A stretch of 64,000 nucleotides of DNA, taken from contig JBHGNT010000010.1 of NCBI GenBank assembly GCA_043228905.1, forward strand, positions 9,796,001 through 9,860,000, written 5' to 3'. Numbering within the stretch: position 1 is the stretch's first letter; each line of letters starts with the position of its first letter. Position numbers and translations under genes: made by a program. The notes under the pieces were generated by a model that had not been told where the DNA came from, ran no database searches, and saw only the letters and a list, made by a program, of their open reading frames with translations. This document shows positions 10,675 through 23,282 of the stretch, piece by piece. This DNA is from Azolla caroliniana (taxonomy: Eukaryota > Plantae > Polypodiophyta).

Positions 10675-10978
10675 TGTTGAGCGGCAAGCTCAACCGGAGC
10701 CGGTAAGCGAGACGGAACGGGTGAAACGGATCAGTATGACGGTGAGCAACCGAACCGGCAAGCAGTGGAGGCCGGGTGCAATTCGTAACCGGCAGTCCAA
10801 TCGGAAGCCTAGAATAGGATAGACTACTAGGTAGCTATAGTCTCGTAGTAAGTGTCAGATGCTCGTGTGAGCATTGAAGTGCATGGTACTTCTGTCAGTC
10901 CCAAGAGGACTTGTATAAATAGTGCTACTTAGCACAGTGTGTGTACAGAGTCTTGATATAATTTTGAAATTACGTTCT

Positions 10979-11017
<39 letters not shown>

Positions 11018-11280
11018 TGTTCTCTGTTTTACGCTTCCGCAAACACTCACGTTTACAGTACTTCTATCAGTCCTTTAAGTACTTGTATCAAAGTGCTCGT
11101 TGAGCACATTGTATGTATAGAGTGATATTTTGAAATTGAGTTTATGATGTTCTGCTCTCTCTCTATCTCTCTTGTGTACTCTTTGTGTGGTTTGAAGCTT
11201 CCATTAAACCTATTTATATTTTTTGTTAACATCCAGTGAAGTCGGTTGGGTCTTCAAACTTCCACACATAATTCTTTTCA
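10675..11280 (+). repeat. 3' LTR of copia B
   Basis: TGTTGAG...TTTTCA after the PPT; TATAAAT near 10915; (TC)n tract; homologous to 46123-46539 and 53520-53963. Confidence 0.88.
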
Positions 11281-11317
11281 GTGAAGATATTGGGTGATCT
11301 TCGAATGTCAAGCATGT

Positions 11318-12187
11318 TGTCGTAAAGTAGGGAAGCTTCACATTAAAAGTCTACAATAAGATAAATACATACCTAAAATAAAAAGAATCTTGATAGTGTT
11401 TTATACATAAGGATCATATGAACAAAAGCACTATGATAATATTATACAATATATGTAGAAGCAAAAAAAGAGAAAAATATTGTATTACATGGGCAAGAGA
11501 GGACTTGAACCGACAACCTCCACCTTATAAGAATCTTGTTTTATTTGACCTAGCATTATTTAGTCTAACCCATGTAATGTACTACATGTGCACCATATAG
11601 CCCACATGCAAGAGCCTCTCTACATGTGCGCCACATGGCTCACATGTAAAACTATCCATTTCCAATAAAAGGAGAAGGGAGTATAGTCACAAGGGGATAT
11701 CAGGATATCAAGGAATCGAAATGGAAGAACTATATTGTATGAGATATCAATCAAATCAAATAGAATTATATTGTAAGAGACATCACAATAGAGAAAGAGG
11801 GAAATAAGGTCAACATACAAGAGAAGCTCTAACTTGGCGGTTGTGGTGCTCAACTCTCAACAAAAGGGAAGAGGTCTGAGTCCTGCTCTCATCGAAAGAT
11901 AGAAGAGAAGATTATGGTCTACTATCAAGAAAGAAAATAGTTGTCACCTTGAGAGACAAAGTACAAAGGTTCAACGACGCTTGCAACCATTTGTAACTCT
12001 TTCATCAAATAATTATAAATTTCTTATATTCCTTCAAAATCTTATCTTGTCATATCTTGTTGATCTCTATCCTCTCCATCTCTACTCTTTCGTCTCTTCC
12101 GTCCATAATCCCAGTGATTCCTTCCTCACTTTCACGTTATCTTCGGTGTACGCAACGCTACGCTTCTGGGCGAGCCACGCCACGACA
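11318..12187 (+). mobile_element. Solo LTR (gypsy-A-like termini) inserted in the RT of copia E
   Basis: TGTCGT...ACGACA termini; copia RT is collinear on both sides; TSD only partly preserved (ATGT/ATGGG). Confidence 0.75.
11490..11555 (-). ncRNA. tRNA-like module in solo LTR
   Basis: Minus strand TAGGTCAAATAAAAC...CTTATAAGGTGGAGGTTGTCGGTTCAAGTCCTCTCTTGCCCA; clear B-box at 11511-11501; T-runs downstream. Confidence 0.55.
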
Positions 12188-15129
12188 ATGGGGTGCTTGC
12201 TTGAGTCCATATAGTGGCTTCTTGAGTCGGTAGACTGCTTTCAGGTGTTTGCTCAATTCGAAACTGGGTGGTTGAACCATAAAGACCTCTTCTAATTCGT
12301 CTTGTAGGAATGCATTCTTTACGTCCATCTGGTGGAGGTGCCACCCTTTTGCCGATGCGAGAGCAATGAGTATCCGAACAGTCATCATCTTTGCCACAAG
12401 GGCAAAGGTCCCCTCGTAATCAACTTCATGTGTTTGAGCATAGCCCTTCGTCACGAGTCTAGCCTTGAAGCGATTTACCGAGCCGTTAGCATTATATTTT
12501 ACTTTATATATCGCTTTCTTATGTGGAGAATGGGGGACAAGATCCCATGTCTCGTTTTTGCATAGAGCTTGCATTCCGTCATTCATGGCTTCAATCCATC
12601 GTGGATCCTTGGCTGCCTTGGAAAAGGTTTCTTGTTCTCAAACTGTCACCACCTTCATCATAAAGGCATAATGATATGCCATATACTCATTGTAGCTGAA
12701 TCGGCTAACCGGGTTTTTTTCTCGGGTGGAGCGACGGAGCTTCTCGTTTGCAAAGACTAAGGCTTTCTTTGCTCCATTCGTCTAGATGATTGGAATGTCA
12801 AGGCCTTCGAACTCACTATCAAGGGAGTGAGTTGACTCGTTGTCAATCGGATCTTCGTATTCTGGCATTTTGGCCTTCCCTTTGTCGAGCTTCAGTCTCG
12901 GCCAAGATGTGCTTTGATCACGCGGGGGGTCTTGTAATCCACTCAGCCTTGTCGTAATCGGACTTTCTTCGAACATGTGCCTCAATCGTACTTTCTCTCG
13001 ATCGGCCGAATCCGAATTGACTGCAATCGGAATCGACGTCGTCTCTAGTTCGTACCATGATGCGGATTCGTTGAAAACGATGTCTCGACTCACCCGAACT
13101 TTTCGGGTGGATGGATTGTAACATTTGTACCCCATTTGTCCGAGTGAGTACCCTACGAGGATACATTTCTCCGACTTCGGGTCGAGCTTTTGTCGCTTCT
13201 CGTCGGGAATATGCACATAGGCAATCGAGCCGAATATTCGGATATAAAAATAGACACTTTTCATGACGGGTTACGTCGTGTACCCCAGAGGTTGTACATT
13301 TGATCATGAGATAGACGGTTGCGTTAGCCGCTTCTGCCCAGTACGATTTCGGCAAGTTCTTCTCGTTCATCATGGCCCTTGCCACCTCTATTATGAGTTG
13401 ATTCTTTCTTTCATTCGGCTTCTCCATTTTGTTGAGGTATGTGTCGACACAAGAATTCTCGACGCATTCCTTCCTTTCGGAGTTATGCTATAAACTCATC
13501 TGACAAATACTCCTTACCTCCATCCGATCGAAGGCATCGGATGTGCCGACTTGTGGCTTTTTCGACTTCATTTTTAAACCTTTGGAACTGTTCGAATAGT
13601 TCACTCTTCTGACGCATAGGATAGATCCAAGTGTGCCTTGAGAAGTCGTCGACGAAAGTGACATAGTTTCGGCAACCACCGAATGTTGTCGTTTGGGTTG
13701 GTCCCCACACATCTGAATGTGCTACATCTAGCATCCCTTTGCTCACATTCCTCTCTTTCGGGAATGGTTGTCCATGTTGTTTGCTGAATTGGCAGGCTTC
13801 ACATACACCAACTATCTCCTTTTGGGTAAATGTTGGGAGTCCGTTTACAACTCCTTTCGACTGCATGCCTTTGAGCTTCTGGAGGTTGATGTGGCCAATT
13901 TGTTTGTGCCACAGTTTCAAGTCAGTTTCGACTTTGAGACCTTTTGCGAACATGGATGACTTCACCTCGTTCAATTTGAGGATGTACATTCGACCTTCTC
14001 TTCGACCGTGAGCTACAAGTCGGCCTTCCTTCTCAATAAAGCACCTGTCATTATCGAATCGTACTTGCATGCCTTGTTCAACAAGTTGGCCAACCGGCAC
14101 TAGGTTTTTCGTGATGGTTGGGACATGCAACATGTTCTTGAGGTAGATTTGTTTTCCGTCATTTCCAAATGGGACATTTCCGATATGTCGAATCGAGTGA
14201 GTTGTGTCATCTCCGGTTTCAACATAGTGATGTCGATCGGGCTTTCTCAACTCTCGGAACCAATCTTCGTGAGACATCATGTGATTGGACGCTCCAGAGT
14301 CTACAAACCATACATCTTCTGGGGAAGAGGTGCTAGCCGGACCGGGTACTAACATCAAATGTACTTTATCCCTCATTACAAACATCCCGCCATGATCTTC
14401 ATAATCGGAATTCGTGGCATAGTTCATGAGTTGTCGGCTAGTCGAAGCCGACTCTCGTTTCTTCTTTCGGGATTCCTCTTTGTAGAAACCGAGTTTTCCA
14501 CAGTACCCACATTCAATCGGGTTGTGGCAATGGCTCAATCTGGCAGGATGGCTCCCCCTTCTGCCAAACTCCCTAGACTTGTTCCCATTGTCTTGCCATT
14601 GGCGGGGGTTGCGTTCTCGGGTCAGTTGAACCTGTCGCCCTCGGCTGAATCGACCTCTATTTCCTCGACCGAATCCTCTTCTATCATCCAATTGGGAGTA
14701 GAGCATCTGACCATCTGGTGCATGGCTCCTTTGTCGGTGTCATGGACAGTCACACCAAGCGCGGACTCAGACAAAGAATGGATGATGGGGCTATGAACTA
14801 GACGTGACGAGGCTAGAAACTCAAGAAGTGGGGGAACGATGATCTGAGGAACTTAAAACACTAGGAATGGCACAAGAGAATGAAGACAAAGATGAAGATG
14901 AACGAGACAAGATGGGGCGAAACAAGAATACTATATTGATGTTTCAATGACTAGTGTTGAATCCCTTGAAAGGGACCAAAGAGGTTACAAGTATTTATAT
15001 TGTGAGTCGAAGTACATGCATTAGAATATTCGAGAGAATATTCTAGAACCTTCTAGTTCTAGAACTTTCTAAAAACTCCTGGAACTTGAAATACATAATC
15101 TACTAAGATATACATACCATGACCATATA

Positions 15130-15197
15130 TTTGGACGTGTTGGTTAGAACACAACACTTGATTATATATAAGAGGTCAAGAGTTCAAATCTTGACAT
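15130..15197 (+). ncRNA. tRNA-like module in the F LTR (second copy ~24728-24795)
   Basis: TGGACGTGTTGGTTAGAAC...AGAGGTCAAGAGTTCAAATCTTGA, with a T-arm-like hairpin. Confidence 0.5.
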
Positions 15198-15294
15198 GAT
15201 TGTTGTCATGTTTGTGACATTATCCTCCCCTTTACGACCACCTTTCCGAAAGCATGGTGTAGGGTTGAGTTGAAAGAGAAAACCAAAGTACGTG

Positions 15295-15897
15295 GAGGAG
15301 TGAGTGACCATGAGTAGTCCTCACCAGAAATAGGAGCACGGGTGAACGTGAGCGACCATGTATGGTCCTCACCAGAGACTGGAACACCAAGGGGGTGAGC
15401 GACCATGTACAGTTCTCACAGGATACAAGAACACCAACATGAGCTTGAGCAACCACGTTGGTCCTCACCAGAGACTGGAACACCAACGTGAGTGTGAGCG
15501 ACCATGTGCAGTCCTCACCGGAGACTGGAACACCAACGTGAGTGTGAGCGACCATGTGCAGTCCTCACCGGAGACTGGAACACCAATGGACATGAGCGAC
15601 CATGTGCAGTCCTCACCGGGAACTGGAACACCAACGGGCGTGAGGACCATGTATGGTCCTCATCGGAGACACGAACACCAACGGGTGTGAGAGACCCTGT
15701 ATGGTCCTCACCGAAGACACGAACACCAACGGAAATGAGCGACCATGTGTGGTCCTTGCCAGGAACTGGAACACCAACGAGCATGAGTGGCCATGTGCGG
15801 TCCTCACCGAAGACACGAACACCAACAAACGTGAGCGACCATATGTCGTCTCACCAGGAACGCGAACACCAACGGGCGTGAGAGACCATGTACGGTC
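15295..15897. repeat. Tandem array of ~47-50-bp units next to the PPT of element F (continues at 23283-23390)
   Basis: About 12 diverged copies of GAGCGACCATGTGCAGTCCTCACCGGAGACTGGAACACCAAC. Confidence 0.92.
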
Positions 15898-16680
15898 TGA
15901 AGAGAACAGCGCGGAATATTGCTCGGCCACAACCGAGTCTTGAATCACTTCAATAAGAATGAAACACAGAAATGGGAAATAGAGAGTGAACGCACGTACA
16001 CACACGATTCGATAGAAAGTACACAAGATGTTTGCGTGGAAAACCCTAAATGGGAAAAACTACGGGAGCCCACAAACTCCGATCTATCACTATATAAGAA
16101 ATGTAAAATCAGAGTCTCGGAGGCAACGACCTCGAGCTCTGTATCTTTGCCAACTGGCGGTTACAACAGAGTATCACTCTATATCTCCTCTCTCCTGCTC
16201 TCTCTCAGTACAACATTTATGCACATACAACAATATGACAAAAACAACCTTACAAAGTGATTGCCCTAAGTCATAATTTATACTTATATAAACTTAGGGC
16301 TATTTACAAATATAGGCTCGATAGGCTTACTCAAAACATATTTACAAATATTTCTTCTCTTCGGTTCTCATCAGGTACATCTGATCCAGTTTCTGGATCT
16401 CTTCCGGTTCTCACCGGGTCCATCCGATCCAGTTTCCGGATCTCTTCCGGTTCTCACTAGGTCCTCTTCATCCATAATCGGATCCCATCAAGAGGGACCT
16501 ATTTCCTAACAATCTCCCCTTTCACTCCGGCATGGGATGTCTCGCCAGCCCGATCCGCTTTCAGCACACGTTCAGCTTGTCGATTGTCAACACCTTGGTC
16601 AGCATATCCGACTCGTTCTCCTCCATGTGGATCTTCGTCAACATGAACTCTTGATCGTCTACTCTATCCTGGATCCAGTT
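15898..16680 (-). mobile_element. Copia G remnant: RNase H end, PPT and 3' LTR (15898-16511)
   Basis: WIQDRV...KIHMEENESDMLTKVL; GAAAGGGGAGAT|TGTTAGGAAA; same family as 55318-55910. Confidence 0.8.
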
Positions 16681-19600
16681 TTTACTCCTTGGGACAGTAC
16701 TAGCCCTAACACAGGGTGTCCCTCTAGGACACTTCACCAAAGGGTGGTGCAAGTGGGGTAGGCGTAGACTGTGATACAACGTATTCCTAACCGGCTATTA
16801 GCCGGCGTGGTTAATGACCTCAATACACGCATAAGATAGATTCTATTAAGCACAGAACTGTAATTAACTAAAGCTTCAAAGATTATACAAGATATAGAAC
16901 AACAACACTTTCATTAATAAACCGCTAATTGATTACAATCTAACCGAGTCCTTTTATAGGTCACCAGCTCTGGTTACGAACCGATGCCAACCGGCAACCG
17001 GCTACGAACCGGTCCGGATCCGGATCGGCATACCAAATCTAGGTCCGTCCATTTGCTTCTCAAAATATAATAATTATAAATATCCCTTTCCCATTCTAGA
17101 CTTTATCCGGCTTGTAAGTCTTTGCCGGTCAACACATGGCATGCCCGTGGGACAGTACCAGGTACGTCGAATCCCACGGTTCGCCCTTCAACCTTCCTCC
17201 AAAATGTCCAGAATGCTCTGGTCCATGCGTTCTAAAGGCTCATCGGGGAGTTGCTCCGTTGTCGTCTCCTGCTGCTACTCCGGCTCCTCTGGTCTCGAGA
17301 CTTCCGGTTCTGGTTCTATCAGTTTGGCCTCCTCCTGCTGATGGGTACCGGTGTGCAGGTTATCCTCCTTTGGCTGCTCCTCTAGAGTTTCGTTCGGCTG
17401 GCTTCCCTCGGTTCCGGCTTCCTTCCGCGCCTGCTCCGAAGACTGCTCTTCGTCACTGATATTGATCGCCACAGTTCTTCTAGCTACCTCTTGTCGTCGC
17501 CGTTCTCGTTCATACCGTTCGAACAGGAGTTGTGTATCCAGCTGGTTGTCATCTAGCTGTTCCACCAATCACCTCACCACTGCCAATTGGTCCCCAGGTA
17601 ACGATAGGAAGTCATCCGAAAATTCCTCCCTTATGGCTACAATGTTCTCTTCATCCAGTTTATAGAAATTGTCGTCATCCTTCCTCCGGTTCTCCGCATC
17701 TGCTCTCAGCAATTGTAACTCCGCTGCCTGCTTAGCCCATTGAGACCACCATTGAACCGAACTTTCTTCCACCAGTCTCTTCGTCTAGTCTCTCCATGTC
17801 CGCACCAGATCACGGATTCACCCCAGCCCCATCTTCGACTTATTCTCCGTGGCTTGTTTTTCGTCTTTCAACTATTTGATAAGGCTCGCAATTGCCACTA
17901 CTTGGCTTCAGTAGTGCATGAGCTATGTCTGATAGGTCGTCTGAACTTTGTTCAAAGCCAATGTAGCGCGTTCCGTTGCCTCAGAATGTTGCCGGGTCAG
18001 CTCCACCCGTTCTTTCGTCGCTTCTGCCCATCTTTTCGCTACTTCAGCCCCCTTCGACTGTTCCTCCACCAAGGTCGGTGCTGTCCGATTAACCTCATCT
18101 CGAAGTTCCTGTAACTTCTCCTACTGCCGGTCACTTTCCATGATCAATTTCTTGTGTTCCGCATCCAAATGTTTGTGATCCCGGTGCAGCCAATCAAAGT
18201 CGTCCGTTTTTTGTTTCAGCCTTTGATTGATCAGATGGCAAGCACGGTCCTCCTGGTCTTTTTGTTGTCAGAGCTCTTCTTTGAATCGCTCGATCTCTAC
18301 TTCCGCCGAGCGCCGGAGTTTGTCCTTTTCCTGTAGGAGTTTTTCTTTTTCTTCCTTTAGTCGGTCATATGCTTGATGACCTTTTCGCAGGCTTTCTTCT
18401 GCTCGCCGGAGGCTTTCAACTAATTTCTTTTGTTCTTCCTCCGCTGCCTTCTTCCCTTCATGTTCTCTAGGCCTTAAGGCCTCTTGGGCTTCCAATTCTT
18501 CTTTCCTTTTGCCCTAGTAGTGACTTGTTGTATATTCGCGACCTCTGCTACCACCATATTGACTATCAGTCGTTTTTCATTACTTTTCACTAGGCATTGG
18601 TTGTTGTAATGACCTTCTTGCCGGCAATAATAACAATACGCTTTCCGGGTATTGCTGGATTCTGCTTTTGGCCCGATACTTGGTTGAAATCCTGTTGTCG
18701 GCCATTTAGGCTCTTCCGTTCATCTTTGTTCTAGCTGGGTGCCACTCAGCCCTCTCTGGCTCTCGTGGGTATTCCTTTGCCGATTCCCGACGCTCCTCCT
18801 TTCGGTTGTTTCGTTTCTTATTAAAACGTTGGTGGTTATTGTATCCTTATCGGCAGCAATCTTCATAATCCGGAAACCGGTCTGTAAGCAAATCCGGAAA
18901 CCGGCCGGTAAGCAAAACCGGAATCCAAAAACCGGTCGGTAAGCAAAACTGGAAACCGGCCGATAAGCAAAACCGCAACCGGAACCGGCAAGCAAACCGC
19001 AACCGGAACCAGTCGGCAAGCAAAATGGAACCGGCCGGCGAGGGATTCGGCGATCGGGCGGAACCGGCTACTGGACGAGGTTGGACGCGGACGGACGGAA
19101 GATTGGATCATGCAACAAACTAAAGTAAAGTGAAGAGAAATAAAGTAAAGGCCATGTGGACGCAAGCAACTAAAGTTGGAGTGCATGCAAAAAATAAAGG
19201 TCATGTGGACGGTCGCATGCAAGTAAAAGAAAAAGTCATGCAACTAAAAATAGATGCAACTAAAAGAAAAAGCTAAGCAACTAAAAGTAGAGGCCATGCA
19301 ACAAAAAGTGGACATACAGATGATCAAGGGAGAACTCCATATAAAATTCCATTTTTTTTCCTACACTCATACTCTCTCTCCATTATTATTTTTCTTTTCC
19401 TTCTTAGCTCCCTTATCTTAGAGAAGCCATAACTCTCATAAACCCAAAAATTCCCTACGGAAGACACAACACTCAAACCCTAATCTTCCCTACGGAAGCG
19501 ATAACACTCAAAAACGCTAATCTTCCCTACGGAAGCCATAATACTCATATAACCATAATCTCTTATCAAAGCCAAGAACCCTAAATCTCTATGGAATCCA

Positions 19601-19800
19601 TATCTTAGTTTCTTCTAATCTATTATTCTAGTAATCTCCTTAAGATAAAACTTTTGTAATCTCAATCTTGAGATGGATTGTAATCTTTCTTTCCCTTTAT
19701 TAATGAAATTTGTCAATCTTTCTCAGTTTGTATTAATTGTTTAATATAATGATACGAATCTGATATCTTCCGATCGGAGGCCCCGGGGTCCTGCCTCAAA
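16681..19800 (+). mobile_element. Probable Tat/Ogre-like element fragment H: LTR-like 16770-17134, tRNA-Arg-type PBS, antisense degenerate ORF
   Basis: TG...CA segment followed by TGGCATGCCCGTGGGAC; minus-strand CYYCRQEGHYNNQC knuckle plus coiled-coil ORF fragments (17275-18860); AACCGG repeats at 18870-19070. Confidence 0.55.
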
Positions 19801-19829
19801 GTTCACGTATCCTCGTCATATTTTCGCAA

Positions 19830-22800
19830 CACCGGAATTGTCTTGAGATTCCACGGCACATGCGGTCCCGTGAAGATCACCATTGGTTCCACGATCGTCG
19901 GGACCACGCACCCGATCTCCCCCGGCGTGCACGAGAAGGCCTTCCCGTGCCTTCCGAGCATTCCCCGAAACCTCTCCTCCGCCGGCACTAGGAAGCCACC
20001 CCCACTTACCTTGAGCGCCCGTAGCATTATGTCGATGAACCGGTGTCCTATGCCCGCCGGATTCCGCAAACTTGGGTCCCACGTGACCCCTTTCATCCGT
20101 TCCTCGCTGCCCTCCGACAAGGGTGCCACGACTGGCCTCACCTTCCGGTCCATAGTCTTGTACCTTGTATCCACGCAGGCCATCCGATCTGACCTGACCC
20201 TTTCCCCGAAGTCGGCAACGACTTCGTACATTCCCACCGAGTTAATTGGAATCATCCGGTCTTCATCGATGCCTTCTTCGATCACCTTCCCGATTTCCCC
20301 GAGGGTGTCGTCGAAAGAGACTGCCTCCACGGCGCCACTAACTTCCTCACCGGGGTTGAGGACTCCGCATGTCCTAAGTCGGTCCTCTACCCGCTTCTTC
20401 TCCCGGACAATGATGTCGGCTATCATACAACCTCCACTATCAAAGAACCAAAACTTCCTACATGTGGTACAGGTGTGGGGATCCTCCGGGGCGTCCGAAC
20501 TATCATGGCTCCACACCTTGATAGCCCTCTCTAAAAATCCCTTCGTTCGCCGTTGTCGAGGGTTTCGCGGTTTCTCTCATGGTTTGGTCGTACGGTTAGG
20601 AATTGGACGGACTGCCGTCCATCTTGGCTCTTCACGCGCACATATGTCGAATCGTTATCCAGCACCCTTGTCTCCATACGCGCCTCCGTAATGTATGGCT
20701 CGCTGAGTATTACCGGGTGAGAGGACGTCTCCTGCACGAAAAAGTGTTGATCGATCTCGATGTCGCCAATCTTGACACGTACATTCGGGCACGCCCCGTG
20801 CAACTCCTCCGTAACGCAGGTCATCATGCGTATTTTCCAACCGTGCTTGGTGTTGATCGGCCACTTCCCCTTCTTGTAGAAGTCCATGGACATCAGGTTG
20901 ATCTCCGAGCTGTGGTCTATCAGTGCAACCACCGGCTCCTACACGTCCCCGATCCGAACAGGGGTCTTCGTAGTGGCCCTGGCCCAGTGCGACCTCGAAT
21001 AGTGGCTTTCTGCCAACTTGTCTACCATGGCCATGTCTTCCAGGTGCATGGTTCGCACCTCCACCAACTTCTCTGGTTCCGGCTCCGTTGAGAGCCGTTT
21101 CTACTTCACCAAGTCCACGATGGAATCATGGAACTCCTTCTTGGCGATCCCGAGAACCTCCCTCAGCGACAGCTCCACCTTGCTGTCGAGGATCCGTTCT
21201 TCGAGGACCTTCCGTAGGTCCGTTGACCTTTCAATCTCCGTGGTCAGCCGGTACCCGGCCCGCTTCGTTTTGTCCGGTGCGCCCGAGCCGGGTCTCGTAC
21301 TGCTGTGAGGGCCCAGCGCCTCCGGCCTTTCCCGCGCGCTTGTCTTCTACCAGAACTTCATAGTTCTGGCATGCGGCTTCCACGAGACCGGTCTCAACCG
21401 AGTCGTCCCATCTAGTGACCTCCCGGACCCGCTACTCTGCACAACTCGCTTCTTCCTTCTTCAGTCATGCACCGGGGAGGCCTTCTAGCACCAAGGGCCA
21501 GAAACCAGAGTCCTTTGTTTTCCAGTCTTCGTCACCTCCCACCTGGATCCCGGCCGACGTTGAATAATGGACGGCCTCCACATAGCGTGCCTCCGCTTCT
21601 TCAATTAGCCACTTCATCCCCCCACGCTCGAAATTCGTCTCCACCTCTCTCCGGGTATCACCAGTGTGCACCCGTCTGTTCCACAGGTACACCACATTAC
21701 CCCTAAGGGCCTCGGCAAACTCCACACAGTCTCGCCGGTTGTGTCTGACTACGTCGCACCACATACACCGTTGTCCAGCGGGTGACCTTCAGTCGCGTGG
21801 CTGCCCTCCACCGTCTCTCCGGGCCTGCGCGATCTGCAGGTCACGCACCATTTGTGTCAGCTCCTCAAGAGTCGCTCCCCCGGATGGACCCTTGACCACT
21901 CCGGTCAACGCTAGACCAATTTCAACCCAACCTCAGGTTTCCTCCTTTCGTGCCGGCGGAGGCTCGTCGAACTTCCTTGCCGGGGTGGGTCTCGTCACCA
22001 ACGACTTCTCATCGCCCCACTCTCGTCGTTTGTCGAAGCGGCTGCAAACCCCCTTGACCATGGCCCAGTCGGTCGTCAGCCCATTATCTGTCTCCAGCAA
22101 GAGACCCACCTGGTCCCTATCCCACGCGTCCACCGATTTGACGAATAACAGGACACGGCTCGTGTCCAGCACGGTCCTGTCCAGCATTGAGAGCCACGGG
22201 AAGCGTTCCTCGAACTCCCGGAGGAGCGCCAACGCATTCCTCCCCTTCACAGGGGTTTCCACCCACTCCATGAAGTCCCATTTCGATAGCCGAAGCGCGT
22301 CATCAAGCCCATACCTTTCGAGGAGCCGTGCTTCGAATTCTCCCTAGGTCCGGCATCCCGCCTGTACCTCGAGCACCTCTGCGTGGATGCCCGGTGTTGC
22401 CACCCGAGGGAACCCGGCCAGACGCCTATCCTTTGGGATGTCTCTCATCACCATCTCGGCTCGGTAGGCCACCAAATAGCTCGTGGCATCCTTCCCACCG
22501 AATCGGCCTATCGTGCCGACAATTGCTTCAATGGCCCTGTCGAGGGTGCCCGTGCCCTTAGGAGCATTTACTATTCGATTGATCGCTGCCGCCATGGCTT
22601 CGGCGAGCTCCGATCCCCTCATCTTCATTCCTCTGCAACCTTATTTCACGTCAAGTTCACCAAATATATCGGGTTGTTATGCTTTCACGTGTGGAATAAA
22701 GCGAGACGACGGGAGCCCTGAACCGAGGAGCAAGAGAGACAAGAGAGAGCGAGAAGCACGCAAGTGTATGGCCTACTAGACCTGTCAGCAGCCGGCAACA

Positions 22801-23282
22801 CTTGCCCGCCGATTGAGCCACCAACACGTATACCGACTTAATCAAGGGCACACACGACAGAAGCGAAAGAAGACACTCCCAAAAACACATGTAACACGGA
22901 TATTCAATTACAATGACAGTGACAATTACAACGATGGCAACCCTACAGAGAATGATGATGGTGGAGGAAAGAGCTCAATTCCCAGTCCGACAGCACTTCC
23001 TCCTCCCAAAACACGCGATCCCCTCTCATCCCTTTTTCTTCTCCCTTTATAGCCCCAGGAGAGAGCCATTTATAGATTGTTAAATCATTGTTATTCTCTG
23101 TCCTTTCGGACAGAGATCCTCTTCGATTCCCTACTTATTGAATTAGTGCTACCTAGGATAATTACATTGCCGGCCTGTACTTATCTATGCATGTAAATAT
23201 ACTAGGGCATGTGCCCGTGTGTAAGGGCTAGTTCACACACACCATCCGTCGATTCCTCCTAGGGACGGTTTTCTCCACGACA
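19830..23282 (-). mobile_element. 3'-truncated Ty3/gypsy element I (distant relative of A)
   Basis: 5' LTR ~22783-23282 (TGTCGTGG...CTGACA); gag fragments; PR ALIDHSSEINLM; pol start up to PWNLKTIPV. Confidence 0.88.
20472..20540 (-). promoter_or_regulatory. Predicted -1 frameshift signal of gypsy I
   Basis: GGATTTT|TAG; stem1 GGGCTATCA/TGATAGTTC; stem2 GGTGTGG/CCACACC. Confidence 0.75.

Larger units (their letters stand above)
5803..11280 (+). mobile_element. Ty1/copia element B (disrupted polyprotein; 5' end outside window), inserted into copia E
   Basis: Gag CWYCGKKGHRESEC, PR WYVDSGAS, IN HSDVWGP/RSDGGKEY, RT LYVDD, RH KHIEVHYHFVRE; stops at 7636 and 9226; PPT at 10664-10674. Confidence 0.95.

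Noticed and set aside
15295-15897. CRISPR-like appearance of regularly spaced repeats
   Set aside because: Units are contiguous diverged tandem repeats without unique spacers; no cas genes; eukaryotic TE context
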